Shown here one piece after another: positions 42,363 to 53,513 of a stretch of 60,345 nucleotides of DNA. Position 1 is the first letter of the stretch, and every line of letters begins with the position of its first letter. Both the position numbers and the translations under genes were made by a program. Under the pieces are notes generated by a model. The model saw nothing but the letters and a program-made list of their open reading frames with translations, did no database searches and was not told the origin of the DNA. The stretch comes from Patescibacteria group bacterium (GTDB lineage: Bacteria; Patescibacteriota; Minisyncoccia; UBA6257; HR35): assembly GCA_025060575.1 (NCBI GenBank), contig JANXBL010000001.1, positions 1 through 60,345 of the forward strand, in the 5' to 3' direction.

Positions 42363-43700
42363 TTAATTTTCCACAATAAATACTTGGTTGGTATCAGGAA
42401 TTATTGTCCTGATAGCCAATTCATCCATTATTTTTAATTTTAAAATCTTTTTACTTTTCTCATCGCCATGAACGAGAAAAACACTCTTAAGTCTTTTTCT
42501 CTTAGGATAAAGCCAAGATAGAATTCCCGCTTGATCAATGTGGGCAGAAAAAGAAAAAAGCGTCAATATTTTTGCTCTTACCGGTAATTGTTCACCTTCA
42601 ACCATTATTTCCGTCGCTCCATCTAAAATTTTCCTACCCAATGAACCTTCGGCTTGATAGCCAACAAAAAGAATGGTGGTATTTTGAAAGGGTATGTATT
42701 CTTTAATTATCCTTAGTATCTTTCCGCCGGATAACATCCCTGAACTGGATAAAATGATTTTGGGAGGTGATGCTAAAAACATTTCTTTTTCGTCTTCCTT
42801 AGTTCTAACTACCTTGAAATCATCATCCTCTATAGTTGATAATTCACTAAATAATTGCCTAAATTTAGGATTGAGATAATCTAGATATTTACCGTAAATA
42901 GTAGAAATTCTTTGTGCTAAAGGACTGTCAAAAAATATTTTGACGTTAGGTATTTTTTTATTTTTAATAAATCTTCTAATACTAAAAATAATTTCCTGAG
43001 ATCTTTCTAGAGCAAAAGCAGGAACTATTAGAATATTATTATTTCTGATTGTGTACTCCAAAATATTTTCTAGTATTTCTTCTCGATTTGCTAGATTTTC
43101 ATGATTTTCGTCTCCGTAGGTTGATTCAAGAACAAGATAATCAACCTCAGGTAACGGTTCCGGATTTTTGTGTAAATCTTCGGCCAAATTACCCAAATCG
43201 CCTGAAAAAACTGTGTTATTAATCCTAATAAATGATGATCCTAAAATATGACCAGCATCAAAAAATTCCACATTAAAATTGTTTGTCTTAAATTTTTCAT
43301 GATAATTTAATGTTCGCCAACGATCAAATACCTTTTCCACATTCTCCAAGGTGTATATCTTTTCGATTCTTGGATCAGAGCAATTATCAGTGATTACCCT
43401 TTGACAGTCTAACAAAATTTCTCTGGCAATATCTTTTGTAGGTAAAGTGCTATAGATATAACCATTAAATCCTTCAGCAATTAATTTCGGCAATCTACCG
43501 ATATGGTCAAGGTGAGCATGAGTGATGAACACAGAACTGATTTCTTTTGCTTTAAATGGAAAAGGCGTAAGATTTTCCCTATCGCAAACATTTTCTTCTT
43601 GAAAAAGACCACAATCGACTAAAATTTTTTCTCCACCCTTTTCAATCAAGAAATTTGAACCAGTTATCTCTTTTACTCCTCCATGGAAAGTAATTTTCAT
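42363..43700 (-). CDS. MBL-fold beta-CASP ribonuclease (RNase J/CPSF-like)
   Basis: THAHLDHIGRLP (HxHxDH), beta-CASP region, C-terminal SAHIDQAGILSWL. I place the start at MKITFHGG (43700) rather than track ATG 43763, which would overlap the divergent pilin gene. Confidence 0.8.
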   Translation of the reverse strand: MKITFHGGVKEITGSNFLIEKGGEKILVDCGLFQEENVCDRENLTPFPFKAKEISSVFITHAHLDHIGRLPKLIAEGFNGYIYSTLPTKDIAREILLDCQRVITDNCSDPRIEKIYTLENVEKVFDRWRTLNYHEKFKTNNFNVEFFDAGHILGSSFIRINNTVFSGDLGNLAEDLHKNPEPLPEVDYLVLESTYGDENHENLANREEILENILEYTIRNNNILIVPAFALERSQEIIFSIRRFIKNKKIPNVKIFFDSPLAQRISTIYGKYLDYLNPKFRQLFSELSTIEDDDFKVVRTKEDEKEMFLASPPKIILSSSGMLSGGKILRIIKEYIPFQNTTILFVGYQAEGSLGRKILDGATEIMVEGEQLPVRAKILTLFSFSAHIDQAGILSWLYPKRKRLKSVFLVHGDEKSKKILKLKIMDELAIRTIIPDTNQVFIVEN

Positions 43701-43719
43701 TTTATAATAATTATAAGCG

Positions 43720-44355
43720 ATGAGGGGCTTTACTGTTATAGAAATTTTGATAACTATTGCCATTATCGGATTAATTGCGGGAATCCTGATTCAAACATTT
43801 AAACCAGTTGTTCATTATCAGAAAGCGAGAGATACCAAAAGATTGGCTGATCTTAATATGTTAGAGTCAGCAATTAGATCGTATATCTTGATGACTTCAA
43901 CTCCTTCCTTGGGTCCAACTACTACTGGTTACGAAGAATCTATGCCAACTATTTTTATATCTATTCCCTTCGATAAGGAAGATATCAGATCATTAACATA
44001 TAGCGAAGGTAGTAAAAATTTTAAAATTAGACAGGCTAGCTCAACCACCTATTTAAGAAATGATGGTCAAGGGTGGTTACCAATTAATTTTCGTGTACTA
44101 AATTATCCTCCGCTATTTTCCCTGCCAGCTGATCCTCTTAATGTCTATGCAAGAGGTAAATTTTTTTACTCCTATGTTTTCAGAAGGTCAAACTCTACCT
44201 TTGAAATAAATGCTAAACTTGAATCACCTTTTTATAAACAAGGGGGGAATGATGATCGGACATCTACGGATAATGGCAACAATACCTCCACGTATGAAGT
44301 TGGCACAGATAAAAGTTTGGTCATATTAGATGTGTTATATACGGGTTTAGAGTAA
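43720..44355 (+). CDS. type IV pilin-like protein
   Basis: MRG-FTVIEILITIAIIGLIAGIL and a KARDTKRLADL helix. Confidence 0.8.
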   Translation: MRGFTVIEILITIAIIGLIAGILIQTFKPVVHYQKARDTKRLADLNMLESAIRSYILMTSTPSLGPTTTGYEESMPTIFISIPFDKEDIRSLTYSEGSKNFKIRQASSTTYLRNDGQGWLPINFRVLNYPPLFSLPADPLNVYARGKFFYSYVFRRSNSTFEINAKLESPFYKQGGNDDRTSTDNGNNTSTYEVGTDKSLVILDVLYTGLE

Positions 44356-44357
44356 AC

Positions 44358-44852
44358 TTATGCTAAACCTAAAATCAAAGTGATACAAAAAATTAAAAAA
44401 ATAGTTTGAATAGATAGAGCAATGATTCTATTTTTCCCTCGATAGTGAAACTTTTCATGAAAATCTCTATAATTTCTAAAAATCCTGAAACTAGCCAATC
44501 GATTACTTAAAATAATATTGAAAAAATTTAACAAATCGGGAATAAGTCCCCCAACTCCACCCCAAAAAGCAATTTTCTGAATATCTAATGATTTACCATC
44601 CATTAGATAAAAAAACAATAAGATAAAAATGATAAATTCAATAATTGTTAAACCAATTTTTTTATAATCCTCCAGAGAATTAAAGTCTTTTAAAGAAAAA
44701 TATTTTTTAGTAGTGAAAATATTAGTATCAAGATGGGGTAATCGATCAGCTAGGTGATGAACGATAATACCGATAAGGATAGCAATAAATGGACTTTTAG
44801 TCAAACTACTGGCTATTGCTCCGGAGGTAAGAAAATGGATGCCAAGCAACAT
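44358..44852 (-). CDS. membrane-bound metal-dependent hydrolase-like protein (YdjM/DUF457-like), tentative
   Basis: Polytopic, with His/Asp cluster IIVHHLADRLPHLD. Confidence 0.4.
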   Translation of the reverse strand: MLLGIHFLTSGAIASSLTKSPFIAILIGIIVHHLADRLPHLDTNIFTTKKYFSLKDFNSLEDYKKIGLTIIEFIIFILLFFYLMDGKSLDIQKIAFWGGVGGLIPDLLNFFNIILSNRLASFRIFRNYRDFHEKFHYRGKNRIIALSIQTIFLIFCITLILGLA

Positions 44853-45197
44853 CTACTTTAGCGAGGTTAAAATTTTATCAGATACTTCTGGGTATCTTTG
44901 AACTAACTCACTTAAAACTTTTCTATTTAATTCAATATTATTTAACTTTAATTGATGAATGAATTGACTATATTTCATACTGTGATTTCTTAGATAGGCA
45001 TTTAATCTTACTTGCCACAGTCTTCTCATTACTCTTTTTTTCTGTTTTCTGCCAATATATGAATACTTAAAAGCATGAAGAATGGCTTCTTTAGCTAATC
45101 TTTTTTTATTACTAAATGGTCTTCTAAAACCTTTAGTTAGCTTTAGCGTTTTTTTTCTTTTTTTTGATTTAATAATTCCTCTTTTTACTCTTGCCAT
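44853..45197 (-). CDS. rplT: 50S ribosomal protein L20
   Basis: MARVKRGIIKSKKRKKTLKLTKGFRR...; no infC or rpmI upstream. Confidence 0.93.
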   Translation of the reverse strand: MARVKRGIIKSKKRKKTLKLTKGFRRPFSNKKRLAKEAILHAFKYSYIGRKQKKRVMRRLWQVRLNAYLRNHSMKYSQFIHQLKLNNIELNRKVLSELVQRYPEVSDKILTSLK

Positions 45198-45254
45198 TGT
45201 ATTTTTAATTATAGCATATATTAATTAGGATATGCCCAAGAATTTTTAGATAAC

Positions 45255-45287
45255 AAAAGGTGCCTCCATATAATGGAGGCACCTTTT
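45255..45287. terminator. intrinsic terminator downstream of groEL
   Basis: 15-bp perfect stem AAAAGGTGCCTCCAT / ATGGAGGCACCTTTT with loop ATA. A/T runs on both sides give a U-tail on either strand. Confidence 0.75.
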
Positions 45288-45315
45288 TAATTATGATTGA
45301 TGATATAAAAATCGA

Positions 45316-46974
<1,659 letters not shown>

Positions 46975-47001
46975 CTACCTCTAATTAAATCGACCTTAGT
47001 G

Positions 47002-47292
47002 CTATTCGATAATAGCCAAAACATCATCCTCTCTAACAAAATAATATTCTTTATCTTCAATCTTAACTTCATCTGGAGCATATTTTTTAAATATAATTGT
47101 TTGACCAATCTTAACTGTCATTGGGATTCTTTCGCCGTCTTCATTAAACTTACCAGGTCCAACAGCAACTACCTTACCTTTGATAGGTCTTTCTTCTCTA
47201 GCGGTTTCTGGAATAACAATACCGCCTTTAGTGATTTCATCCTCTTTGATAGGTTCAACCAAAAGATAATCATTCAAAGGTTTTACATTCAT
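47002..47292 (-). CDS. groS: co-chaperonin GroES
   Basis: MNVKPLNDYLLVEP...GGIVIPE...GKVVAVGPG. Confidence 0.95.
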   Translation of the reverse strand: MNVKPLNDYLLVEPIKEDEITKGGIVIPETAREERPIKGKVVAVGPGKFNEDGERIPMTVKIGQTIIFKKYAPDEVKIEDKEYYFVREDDVLAIIE

Positions 47293-47393
47293 TTTTAAGC
47301 AAATTAAAACTTAACTTCCGACCTAATCACCTAAACATCGAGGGTGATAATCTAAATTATATTATATCACTGATGTCAAGCCATAAAAAATTG

Positions 47394-47894
47394 TTATTTA
47401 TTGGCAGTCTTTTTTTTGCCCCACCAACCAAAATGAGCGAAAGCTTTATTGGCTTCAGCTGTTTTATGTGTCTCAAGCTTTTTTTTATAAGCCTCTCCCT
47501 CTTCTTGGCTAGCAGCAATTATTTCTTCTGCTAATCTCTCTTTCATTGGTTTCCCCTTTCTATTACGAGCTGAATTAATTAGCCATTTGATTGCTTTAGA
47601 GATTCTTCTTTCAGTAGCTATTTGGCGAGGAACTAAAAAGGTGGCCCCACCAATTCTTCTAGGCCAAACTTCCACCACTGGTGCTACGTTTTTTATAGCC
47701 TGTTGAAAAACTTTAAGAGGATTCTGATTGCTTCTTTCTTTGATTATCTCCATTGCCCCATAAAATATTTTCTGAGCTTTTGATTTTTCTCCATTTTTCA
47801 TAATATTATTTATAAATCTCGTTACCAAGATACTGTTATAAACAGGATCAGGTGACCAAGTTCTCTTTTTAGCAATAGCACCTCTCCTGGGCAT
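47394..47894 (-). CDS. rpsG: 30S ribosomal protein S7
   Basis: MPRRG...DPVYNS.LVTRFIN..MK.GEKS; C-terminal AFAHF. Confidence 0.95.
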   Translation of the reverse strand: MPRRGAIAKKRTWSPDPVYNSILVTRFINNIMKNGEKSKAQKIFYGAMEIIKERSNQNPLKVFQQAIKNVAPVVEVWPRRIGGATFLVPRQIATERRISKAIKWLINSARNRKGKPMKERLAEEIIAASQEEGEAYKKKLETHKTAEANKAFAHFGWWGKKKTANK

Positions 47895-47897
47895 CCT

Positions 47898-48311
47898 TTA
47901 TTCTTTAGGTCGCTTAGCTCCGTAAAGAGAACGACCTTGCTTTCTATTTTCGACCCCAGTAGTATCATAAACACCCCTTACCACATGATACCTTACTCCA
48001 GGCAAATCTTTGACTCTTCCTCCTCTCACTAAGACAATTGAATGTTCTTTTAAAGTGTGTCCAATCCCGGGAATGTAGGCTGTCACTTCTATCCCATTGG
48101 TTAGCCTAACCTTAGCTACTTTTCTTAAGGCTGAATTAGGCTTTTTAGGAGTAGTAGTATACACTCTTAAACAGACACCTTTTTTAAAAGGTGACGGCGC
48201 ATAGTATTGTTTTCTCTTTAACGAATTAAAATTAAAAAGCAATGCCGGTGATCTTGATCTCTTTTTTAATTTTTTTCTTCCTTTTCTTAATAATTGATTT
48301 ATTGTTGGCAT
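47898..48311 (-). CDS. rpsL: 30S ribosomal protein S12
   Basis: [12 protein letters not shown]..., [28 protein letters not shown]. Confidence 0.96.
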   Translation of the reverse strand: MPTINQLLRKGRKKLKKRSRSPALLFNFNSLKRKQYYAPSPFKKGVCLRVYTTTPKKPNSALRKVAKVRLTNGIEVTAYIPGIGHTLKEHSIVLVRGGRVKDLPGVRYHVVRGVYDTTGVENRKQGRSLYGAKRPKE

Positions 48312-48367
48312 TCGAATAAAGAAAATATCTTGCGACTTATGATAAAATAAATTATATCACAAAAAAT

Positions 48368-48441
48368 CGGAGCATAGCGCAATTGGTTAGCGCACCGGCT
48401 TTGGGAGCCGGAGGTTGTGGGTTCGAATCCCACTGCTCCGA
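48368..48441 (+). tRNA. tRNA-Pro (anticodon TGG)
   Basis: Acceptor CGGAGCA/TGCTCCG, anticodon stem-loop CCGGC-TTTGGGA-GCCGG, T-arm GTGGG-TTCGAAT-CCCAC. Confidence 0.9.
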
Positions 48442-48443
48442 CA

Positions 48444-49061
48444 TTATAAATATCCTTCTCTCTTTAAAGAGTTAATTATTCTTTGATGAATATTTAAAAC
48501 ACCTCCCTCGCCATCAACTTCAACCAAAACTCTATTTTTTCTTAAAAAATTAACTGCTGGTAATGTTTGAGACTTAAATGTTTGAATTCTCTCTTTAACA
48601 ACCTCTCCCCTATCTTCTTCGGGACGACCACGTTTTTTAGCGCGACGAAAAATCTCCTCATCAGATACATTTAAAAAAATGAAAGCGTAGTCAGTAGGAA
48701 GAAAAAGTTTTTTAAGTGTTGCCAGTTCCATTTTTGCTTCAGTAATTAATCGTGGTGACCCAGAAATTACTATATTTTTCTTATGAGCATATTCCTTTAA
48801 TTTTTGGCTAACAACATATCCAACCAAATAGGTAGAATACAAACCACCTTTTAATCTTCTTTCTCTTTCCTTTCTAAGATTAAAAACATTTTTGCCTAAC
48901 TTAATATAGCCTTTCGGATATTTTTTAAAGAACAAACTCATCATTGTGCTCGTAGTCAGCTTTAAACCTCTTATTTTTTTAGCCAAAAGTTTAGCTTGGG
49001 TATCTTTACCCGAGGCTGGAGGTCCAATCAGAAAAAATGCTTTTGTCCTTTTAACCTTCAT
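48444..49061 (-). CDS. adk: adenylate kinase family nucleoside-monophosphate kinase (divergent)
   Basis: P-loop GPPASGKDTQ; position immediately after secY as in spc operons. Confidence 0.7.
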   Translation of the reverse strand: MKVKRTKAFFLIGPPASGKDTQAKLLAKKIRGLKLTTSTMMSLFFKKYPKGYIKLGKNVFNLRKERERRLKGGLYSTYLVGYVVSQKLKEYAHKKNIVISGSPRLITEAKMELATLKKLFLPTDYAFIFLNVSDEEIFRRAKKRGRPEEDRGEVVKERIQTFKSQTLPAVNFLRKNRVLVEVDGEGGVLNIHQRIINSLKREGYL

Positions 49062-50322
49062 ATCGACGTAAACTTAATTCAGATTCAATCTGTTTAACTG
49101 TTTCAATAGCTACTGAAACAACAATTAAGATAGATGTCCCACCTATAACTAAAAATTGAGTTTTAGTCAAAAACTGGAAAAAATAAGGTAAAATAGCGAT
49201 TATACCTAAAAACACACCGCCAAAAAAAGTTAATCGTGAAACAATGGTTTTAAAGTATTTTTCTGTTTCTTTACCTGGTCTTAAACCTGGTACAAATGCT
49301 CCTGCTGTCTGTAAGTTTTTTGAAATTTCTTCAGGATTAAAAGTAATGGAAGTGTAAAGATAGGTAAAAATAAAAACAAAAAGAAAGTAAAGAAAAGCAA
49401 AAATCAATTGATTGTTGAGAAAGGCATTGACTAAAGTAAGAAGATCTTGAAAGAATTTAACTTTCGTTAAGGCTAAAAACTGGACAAAGGTCTGAGGAAA
49501 AAGCAAAAGAGCGATAGCAAAAATAATAGGAATAACACCTGCCTGAGTAATCCTAATGGGCAAATAAGTATTAGCTCCTCCATAAAGCTTCATCCCTCTT
49601 ACCCGCTTAGCAAACACCAAGGGTATCCGACGTTCAGCTTCGTTAAGGAAAACAATACCAGCAACGATTAGCAACGCAAGAACAAGAAAGGGAACATAGA
49701 TTTGAAGTTTTTCCGGGGTAAAGGAAATAAGAGCTTGATAGACAACCTGAGGAGTACCAGCAACAATACCCGAAAAAATTATTAACGATATACCATTTCC
49801 CAATTTTTGTTCAGTAATTAATTCTCCTAGCCACATAAGAATAATAACACTAGTTGAAACAATAACAGCATCTCTAAACATTGCCAAAGGTGCTAAGGTG
49901 ATAATCTGTTGAGCCTGAAGAAAATTTAGAAAACCAAAAGATTGAATAAATGATAACGGAACAGTAAGAATCCTAGCATACTGATTAAACTTGGCTCGAC
50001 CAACATCTCCTTCCTCGTAATACATTTCTTTCAATCTTGGGTAAACAAAGGTTAACAATTGAAGAATAATAATAGCAGTAATATAAGGACCTAAACCAAG
50101 AAGAGCAATCGAAAAATTAGACAGAGCTCCGCCGGAAAAAATATTAATAAACCCAAAAAATTGATTGGTTTCGAAAAGAGCACGAAAACGATTCAGGTCA
50201 ACTTCTGGTAAAGGAATATTAGCCATCACCCTAAAAACAAGCAAAAGAGCAATCACCCAAAATAGTCTAATTCTTAAATCACGATATCTAAGTAAATTCC
50301 TTATTGCATTGATAATTCTCAT
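49051..50322 (-). CDS. secY: preprotein translocase subunit SecY
   Basis: 10-TM profile, GLGPYITAIIILQLL, ISLIIFSGI; operon position after L15. Confidence 0.95.
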   Translation of the reverse strand: MRIINAIRNLLRYRDLRIRLFWVIALLLVFRVMANIPLPEVDLNRFRALFETNQFFGFINIFSGGALSNFSIALLGLGPYITAIIILQLLTFVYPRLKEMYYEEGDVGRAKFNQYARILTVPLSFIQSFGFLNFLQAQQIITLAPLAMFRDAVIVSTSVIILMWLGELITEQKLGNGISLIIFSGIVAGTPQVVYQALISFTPEKLQIYVPFLVLALLIVAGIVFLNEAERRIPLVFAKRVRGMKLYGGANTYLPIRITQAGVIPIIFAIALLLFPQTFVQFLALTKVKFFQDLLTLVNAFLNNQLIFAFLYFLFVFIFTYLYTSITFNPEEISKNLQTAGAFVPGLRPGKETEKYFKTIVSRLTFFGGVFLGIIAILPYFFQFLTKTQFLVIGGTSILIVVSVAIETVKQIESELSLRRYEG

Positions 50323-50741
50323 TCTATCTTGGAACCAGAATTATTAATTTTTTCCAATGACTTCTTTGAAAAGAGAAAACTTTTATCAAAGATCAAAGGT
50401 TTAGTCAAATTTCCTTGTCCTAAAATTTTAATCCTAATTTTTCTAATGCTTTTGGGAATTTTGAATATTTTCTTATCAATTAATGATTTAGCACTTACTT
50501 TCTCGCCGTTATTAAAAAATTTGTCTATCTTTTTCAAATTTACTCCAAAAATTATTTTAGGAATTTTTACATTTCCTATGCCTCTGCTTTTGGGAATTTT
50601 TAAAATAAGATCTCTCAAGGCAGGTCGAATGCGATGACCAGCTCTTGACTTTTGACCCTTCATTCCTCTGCCAGAATAATTGCCTCTTTTGCCTCCCCTA
50701 CCAACTCTCTTAGGTTTTTTTAACTTGAAGTTAATTTTCAT
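50319..50741 (-). CDS. rplO: 50S ribosomal protein L15
   Basis: KRVGRGGKRGNYSGRGMKGQKSRAG. Confidence 0.93.
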   Translation of the reverse strand: MKINFKLKKPKRVGRGGKRGNYSGRGMKGQKSRAGHRIRPALRDLILKIPKSRGIGNVKIPKIIFGVNLKKIDKFFNNGEKVSAKSLIDKKIFKIPKSIRKIRIKILGQGNLTKPLIFDKSFLFSKKSLEKINNSGSKIE

Positions 50742-51222
50742 TTTTTAACATAATTTCTTCTTTTAATAAAATTTTTTTCTGATATGATTGAGCAAGACTA
50801 GATAAAGCTTTCAATGTCGCTAAAGTATTAACTAGAGGATTTTTTGTCGCTCCTAATATCTTGGTCGTAACATCAGAATAACCAGCTAAAGAAAGAACAG
50901 TTCTAACCGATGATCCAGCTATTAATCCTCTACCTTTTTTAGTTGGTTTCAATAAAACTACAGCTGACGCGAATTTCGCTCTAACTTCATAGGGAACAGT
51001 ACCATCAACTATTGGTACTTCAATGGAATTTTTCTCTGCTAATCTTTTAGCTTTTTCAATAGCATCAGCAATATCTAACCCTTTTGCAATGCCAACGCCA
51101 ACTTTACCCTTTAAATTACCAGCCACTACCACTGCTCTTACTTTTATTCTTTTACCACCTTCATACGCTTTAGCAACTCTTTTAACCTCAATCACTTTTG
51201 ATTCAAATTTTTCCTCTTCCAT
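50731..51222 (-). CDS. rpsE: 30S ribosomal protein S5
   Basis: VKRVAKAYEGGKRIKVRAVVVAGNLKGKVGVGIAKG... GRGLIAG. Confidence 0.94.
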   Translation of the reverse strand: MEEEKFESKVIEVKRVAKAYEGGKRIKVRAVVVAGNLKGKVGVGIAKGLDIADAIEKAKRLAEKNSIEVPIVDGTVPYEVRAKFASAVVLLKPTKKGRGLIAGSSVRTVLSLAGYSDVTTKILGATKNPLVNTLATLKALSSLAQSYQKKILLKEEIMLKNEN

Positions 51223-51228
51223 TTTTTA

Positions 51229-51573
51229 TCAAAAAACTAAACCTAATTCTCTTAATTTTTCCGCTAATAACTTAACTCTTCCTTTATAGCTAAAACCCCC
51301 TCGATCAAAAACAATCCTGTTTATACCCATCTTTTTTGCTTTTTCGACAATAATCTCCGCTACTTTAATAACTTTATCCTTGTTGGATATTTTTTTATGA
51401 TCGGTTAATTGTAAACTATTGGCACTTATTATTGTTTTGCCAACCGTATCATCAATAATCTGAACATATATATTTTCGTTAGTACGAAAAACATTTAATC
51501 GAGGCATTTCGGCTGTCCCTTTTACTTTTACTCTTATTCTTCGGTGTCTTATTAATCTTTTCTCTTTTTTCAT
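51229..51573 (-). CDS. rplR: 50S ribosomal protein L18
   Basis: RHRRIRVKVKGTAEMPRLNVFRTNENIYVQIIDD... FDRGGFSYKGRVKLLAE. Confidence 0.94.
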   Translation of the reverse strand: MKKEKRLIRHRRIRVKVKGTAEMPRLNVFRTNENIYVQIIDDTVGKTIISANSLQLTDHKKISNKDKVIKVAEIIVEKAKKMGINRIVFDRGGFSYKGRVKLLAEKLRELGLVF

Positions 51574-52128
51574 CTATTTAACTGATTTTTTCACTGGTTT
51601 TAACTTAATTTTTTCGTTCAGATATCTAAATCCTTTTGCATGATAACGATCAGCCTTTTTTATCCTCTTAATCTTAGCAGCAAAGTTTCCTACTCTCTCT
51701 TTGTCAATGCCACGAACATAAATTAAACTTCTTCCCTTTTCCGGTTTTATTTCCACCGAGATATCTTGAGGAATTTCTACTTCTACCGGATGAGAAAAAC
51801 CAACTTTAAAAAATATTTTTCCTTCTTTTGTTTCAGCCGAATAACCCAAACCTTCTAGAATAAGAACCTTTTCAAAGCCATTCTCAACGCCTATTATCTT
51901 ATTATTCAATAATGATCTTAGTGTACCATATAGAGCTTTAGTCTTTTTAGAAAGAGCTTCCCGAGGCTTTATCGTCAACACATTTTCATCTTTTTCAATG
52001 ATAAAACTCTCAGGTAAATGAAAATATAAAGTTCCCTTAGGGCCACTAATTTCTAACCTACCATCATCAATCTCTTTAATCGATACTCTTTCTGACAAAA
52101 CGATTGGTTTTTTGCCTACTTTTGACAT
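51574..52128 (-). CDS. rplF: 50S ribosomal protein L6
   Basis: MSKVGKKPI...; LEGLGYSAE; operon position. Confidence 0.93.
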   Translation of the reverse strand: MSKVGKKPIVLSERVSIKEIDDGRLEISGPKGTLYFHLPESFIIEKDENVLTIKPREALSKKTKALYGTLRSLLNNKIIGVENGFEKVLILEGLGYSAETKEGKIFFKVGFSHPVEVEIPQDISVEIKPEKGRSLIYVRGIDKERVGNFAAKIKRIKKADRYHAKGFRYLNEKIKLKPVKKSVK

Positions 52129-52523
52129 TAGTACACTTCACAAATTATCTCGCCACCTAATTTTCTTTTCCGAGCTTCATCATCAGTCATTATACCTCTG
52201 CTTGTTGATACTATTCGAAAAGCAAAACTATTTCTTATTGGCTTTAATTCACGATAACCAACGTAAACTCTCCTACCTGGTTTAGATATTCTTTTTAAAT
52301 CTTCGATAAAAGATTCATTTCTGTTATTATAGCGCAAATAAATAACTATTCTTTTTTTAATTCCTTCACCACTTATCTTAAAGTCATTAATCAGTTTCTT
52401 TTCCTTCAGTATCTTAGCAATAGCGATTTTAACTTTTGAAACTGGAGCAGAAACATAGTTTTTCTTTACTCGACAACCATTTCTTATCCTTGTTAAAAAA
52501 TCAGCAATTGGATCCATCACCAA
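52128..52523 (-). CDS. rpsH: 30S ribosomal protein S8
   Basis: [13 protein letters not shown]...; C-terminal GGEIICEVY. Confidence 0.94.
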   Translation of the reverse strand: MVMDPIADFLTRIRNGCRVKKNYVSAPVSKVKIAIAKILKEKKLINDFKISGEGIKKRIVIYLRYNNRNESFIEDLKRISKPGRRVYVGYRELKPIRNSFAFRIVSTSRGIMTDDEARKRKLGGEIICEVY

Positions 52524-52702
52524 CTTGATTTTTTTAGCCCAGGTATTTCACCCCGATGAGCTAATTCTCTTAAACAAATGCGACATAAATTAAAATCTCG
52601 AAAATATCCTCTCGTTCTTCCACATCTAAAACACACTCCTCTTCTTTTTGTTTGATATTTTGGTTTTCTTAACCACCTTGCTATTTGTCCTTTACTGGGC
52701 AT
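52517..52702 (-). CDS. rpsZ: 30S ribosomal protein S14 type Z (zinc-binding)
   Basis: [21 protein letters not shown] start at the second Met ([10 protein letters not shown], 61 aa), which overlaps the L5 stop as TAATG. The track ORF extends to 52735. Confidence 0.9.
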   Translation of the reverse strand: MPSKGQIARWLRKPKYQTKRRGVCFRCGRTRGYFRDFNLCRICLRELAHRGEIPGLKKSSW

Positions 52703-53193
52703 TAAATTTTCACTGGAAACCCCAATTCTCGCCACAAATTTAAATTATCCTCCCTTCTTTTGGTCGAAGAGACTAAATTAATCTGAAAGCCAAAATTAAA
52801 CTTAATTTTATCGGAAATTGCCTCTGGGAAAATACTAACTTCTTTAATCCCTAAATTAATATTACCATATTTATCGAAATTATTATTTTTAAGACCATAA
52901 AAATCTTTCATTCTTGGAAGAGCATAGGTTATCAATCTCTGAAGGAAATTCAATAGTCTTTTTTTCCTTAAAGTAACCCTAAGAGCAACCGGCATACCTT
53001 TTCTTAGCTTAAAGGCAGCTTCAGATTTTTTAGCCCTTATTACTGATGGTTTCTGACCAGTGATCATTGATAAAACATAACTCGCATCTTCAATTATTTT
53101 CTGTTGGTTCTCTGGGTTAGCGGTAACCAGTTTGGCTATTCCTATCTGAACAATACCCTTTAAGGGATATGGTTTTTTCAAATCTCTCGTCAT
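52702..53193 (-). CDS. rplE: 50S ribosomal protein L5 (short N-terminus)
   Basis: [33 protein letters not shown] and [13 protein letters not shown]. Start taken at MTRDL (53193), 5 nt after the L24 stop. The track ATG 53223 lies inside L24. Confidence 0.88.
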   Translation of the reverse strand: MTRDLKKPYPLKGIVQIGIAKLVTANPENQQKIIEDASYVLSMITGQKPSVIRAKKSEAAFKLRKGMPVALRVTLRKKRLLNFLQRLITYALPRMKDFYGLKNNNFDKYGNINLGIKEVSIFPEAISDKIKFNFGFQINLVSSTKRREDNLNLWRELGFPVKI

Positions 53194-53198
53194 TATTA

Positions 53199-53510
53199 TT
53201 ACGATGATATTAAAGATTGACACTTTTTACATTTTCTAAACTTTTTATCATTCTCTAGTTGATAGCCAATCCTAGTTGGTTGATTACAATTAGGGCAAAT
53301 TAATTTGACCTTCGAAACCCATAAAGGGGCTGAGATTTGAATAATTTTACCCTTTTCTCCCCTTCGACGAGGTTTGATATGCTTTTTAACTAAATTCAAC
53401 CCCTCAACTACAACTTTGTTACTTTTTCTCAAGACTTTTATCACCTTACCGCTCTTTCCCCTATCTTTACCTTTGATTATTAAAACCGTATCACCCTTTT
53501 TGATTTTCAT
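53199..53510 (-). CDS. rplX: 50S ribosomal protein L24 (carries a CxxC-x18-CxxC motif)
   Basis: MKIKKGDTVLIIKGKDRGKSGKVIKV KOW motif; C-terminal CPNC...CKKC. Confidence 0.93.
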   Translation of the reverse strand: MKIKKGDTVLIIKGKDRGKSGKVIKVLRKSNKVVVEGLNLVKKHIKPRRRGEKGKIIQISAPLWVSKVKLICPNCNQPTRIGYQLENDKKFRKCKKCQSLISS

Positions 53511-53513
53511 CTT

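Noticed and set aside
47293-47393. CIRCE/HrcA operator upstream of groES.
   Set aside because: Only a 6-bp inverted repeat (ATCACC-N11-GGTGAT) is present. It does not match TTAGCACTC-N9-GAGTGCTAA. The TTGACA here has no properly spaced -10, so no confident call is possible.
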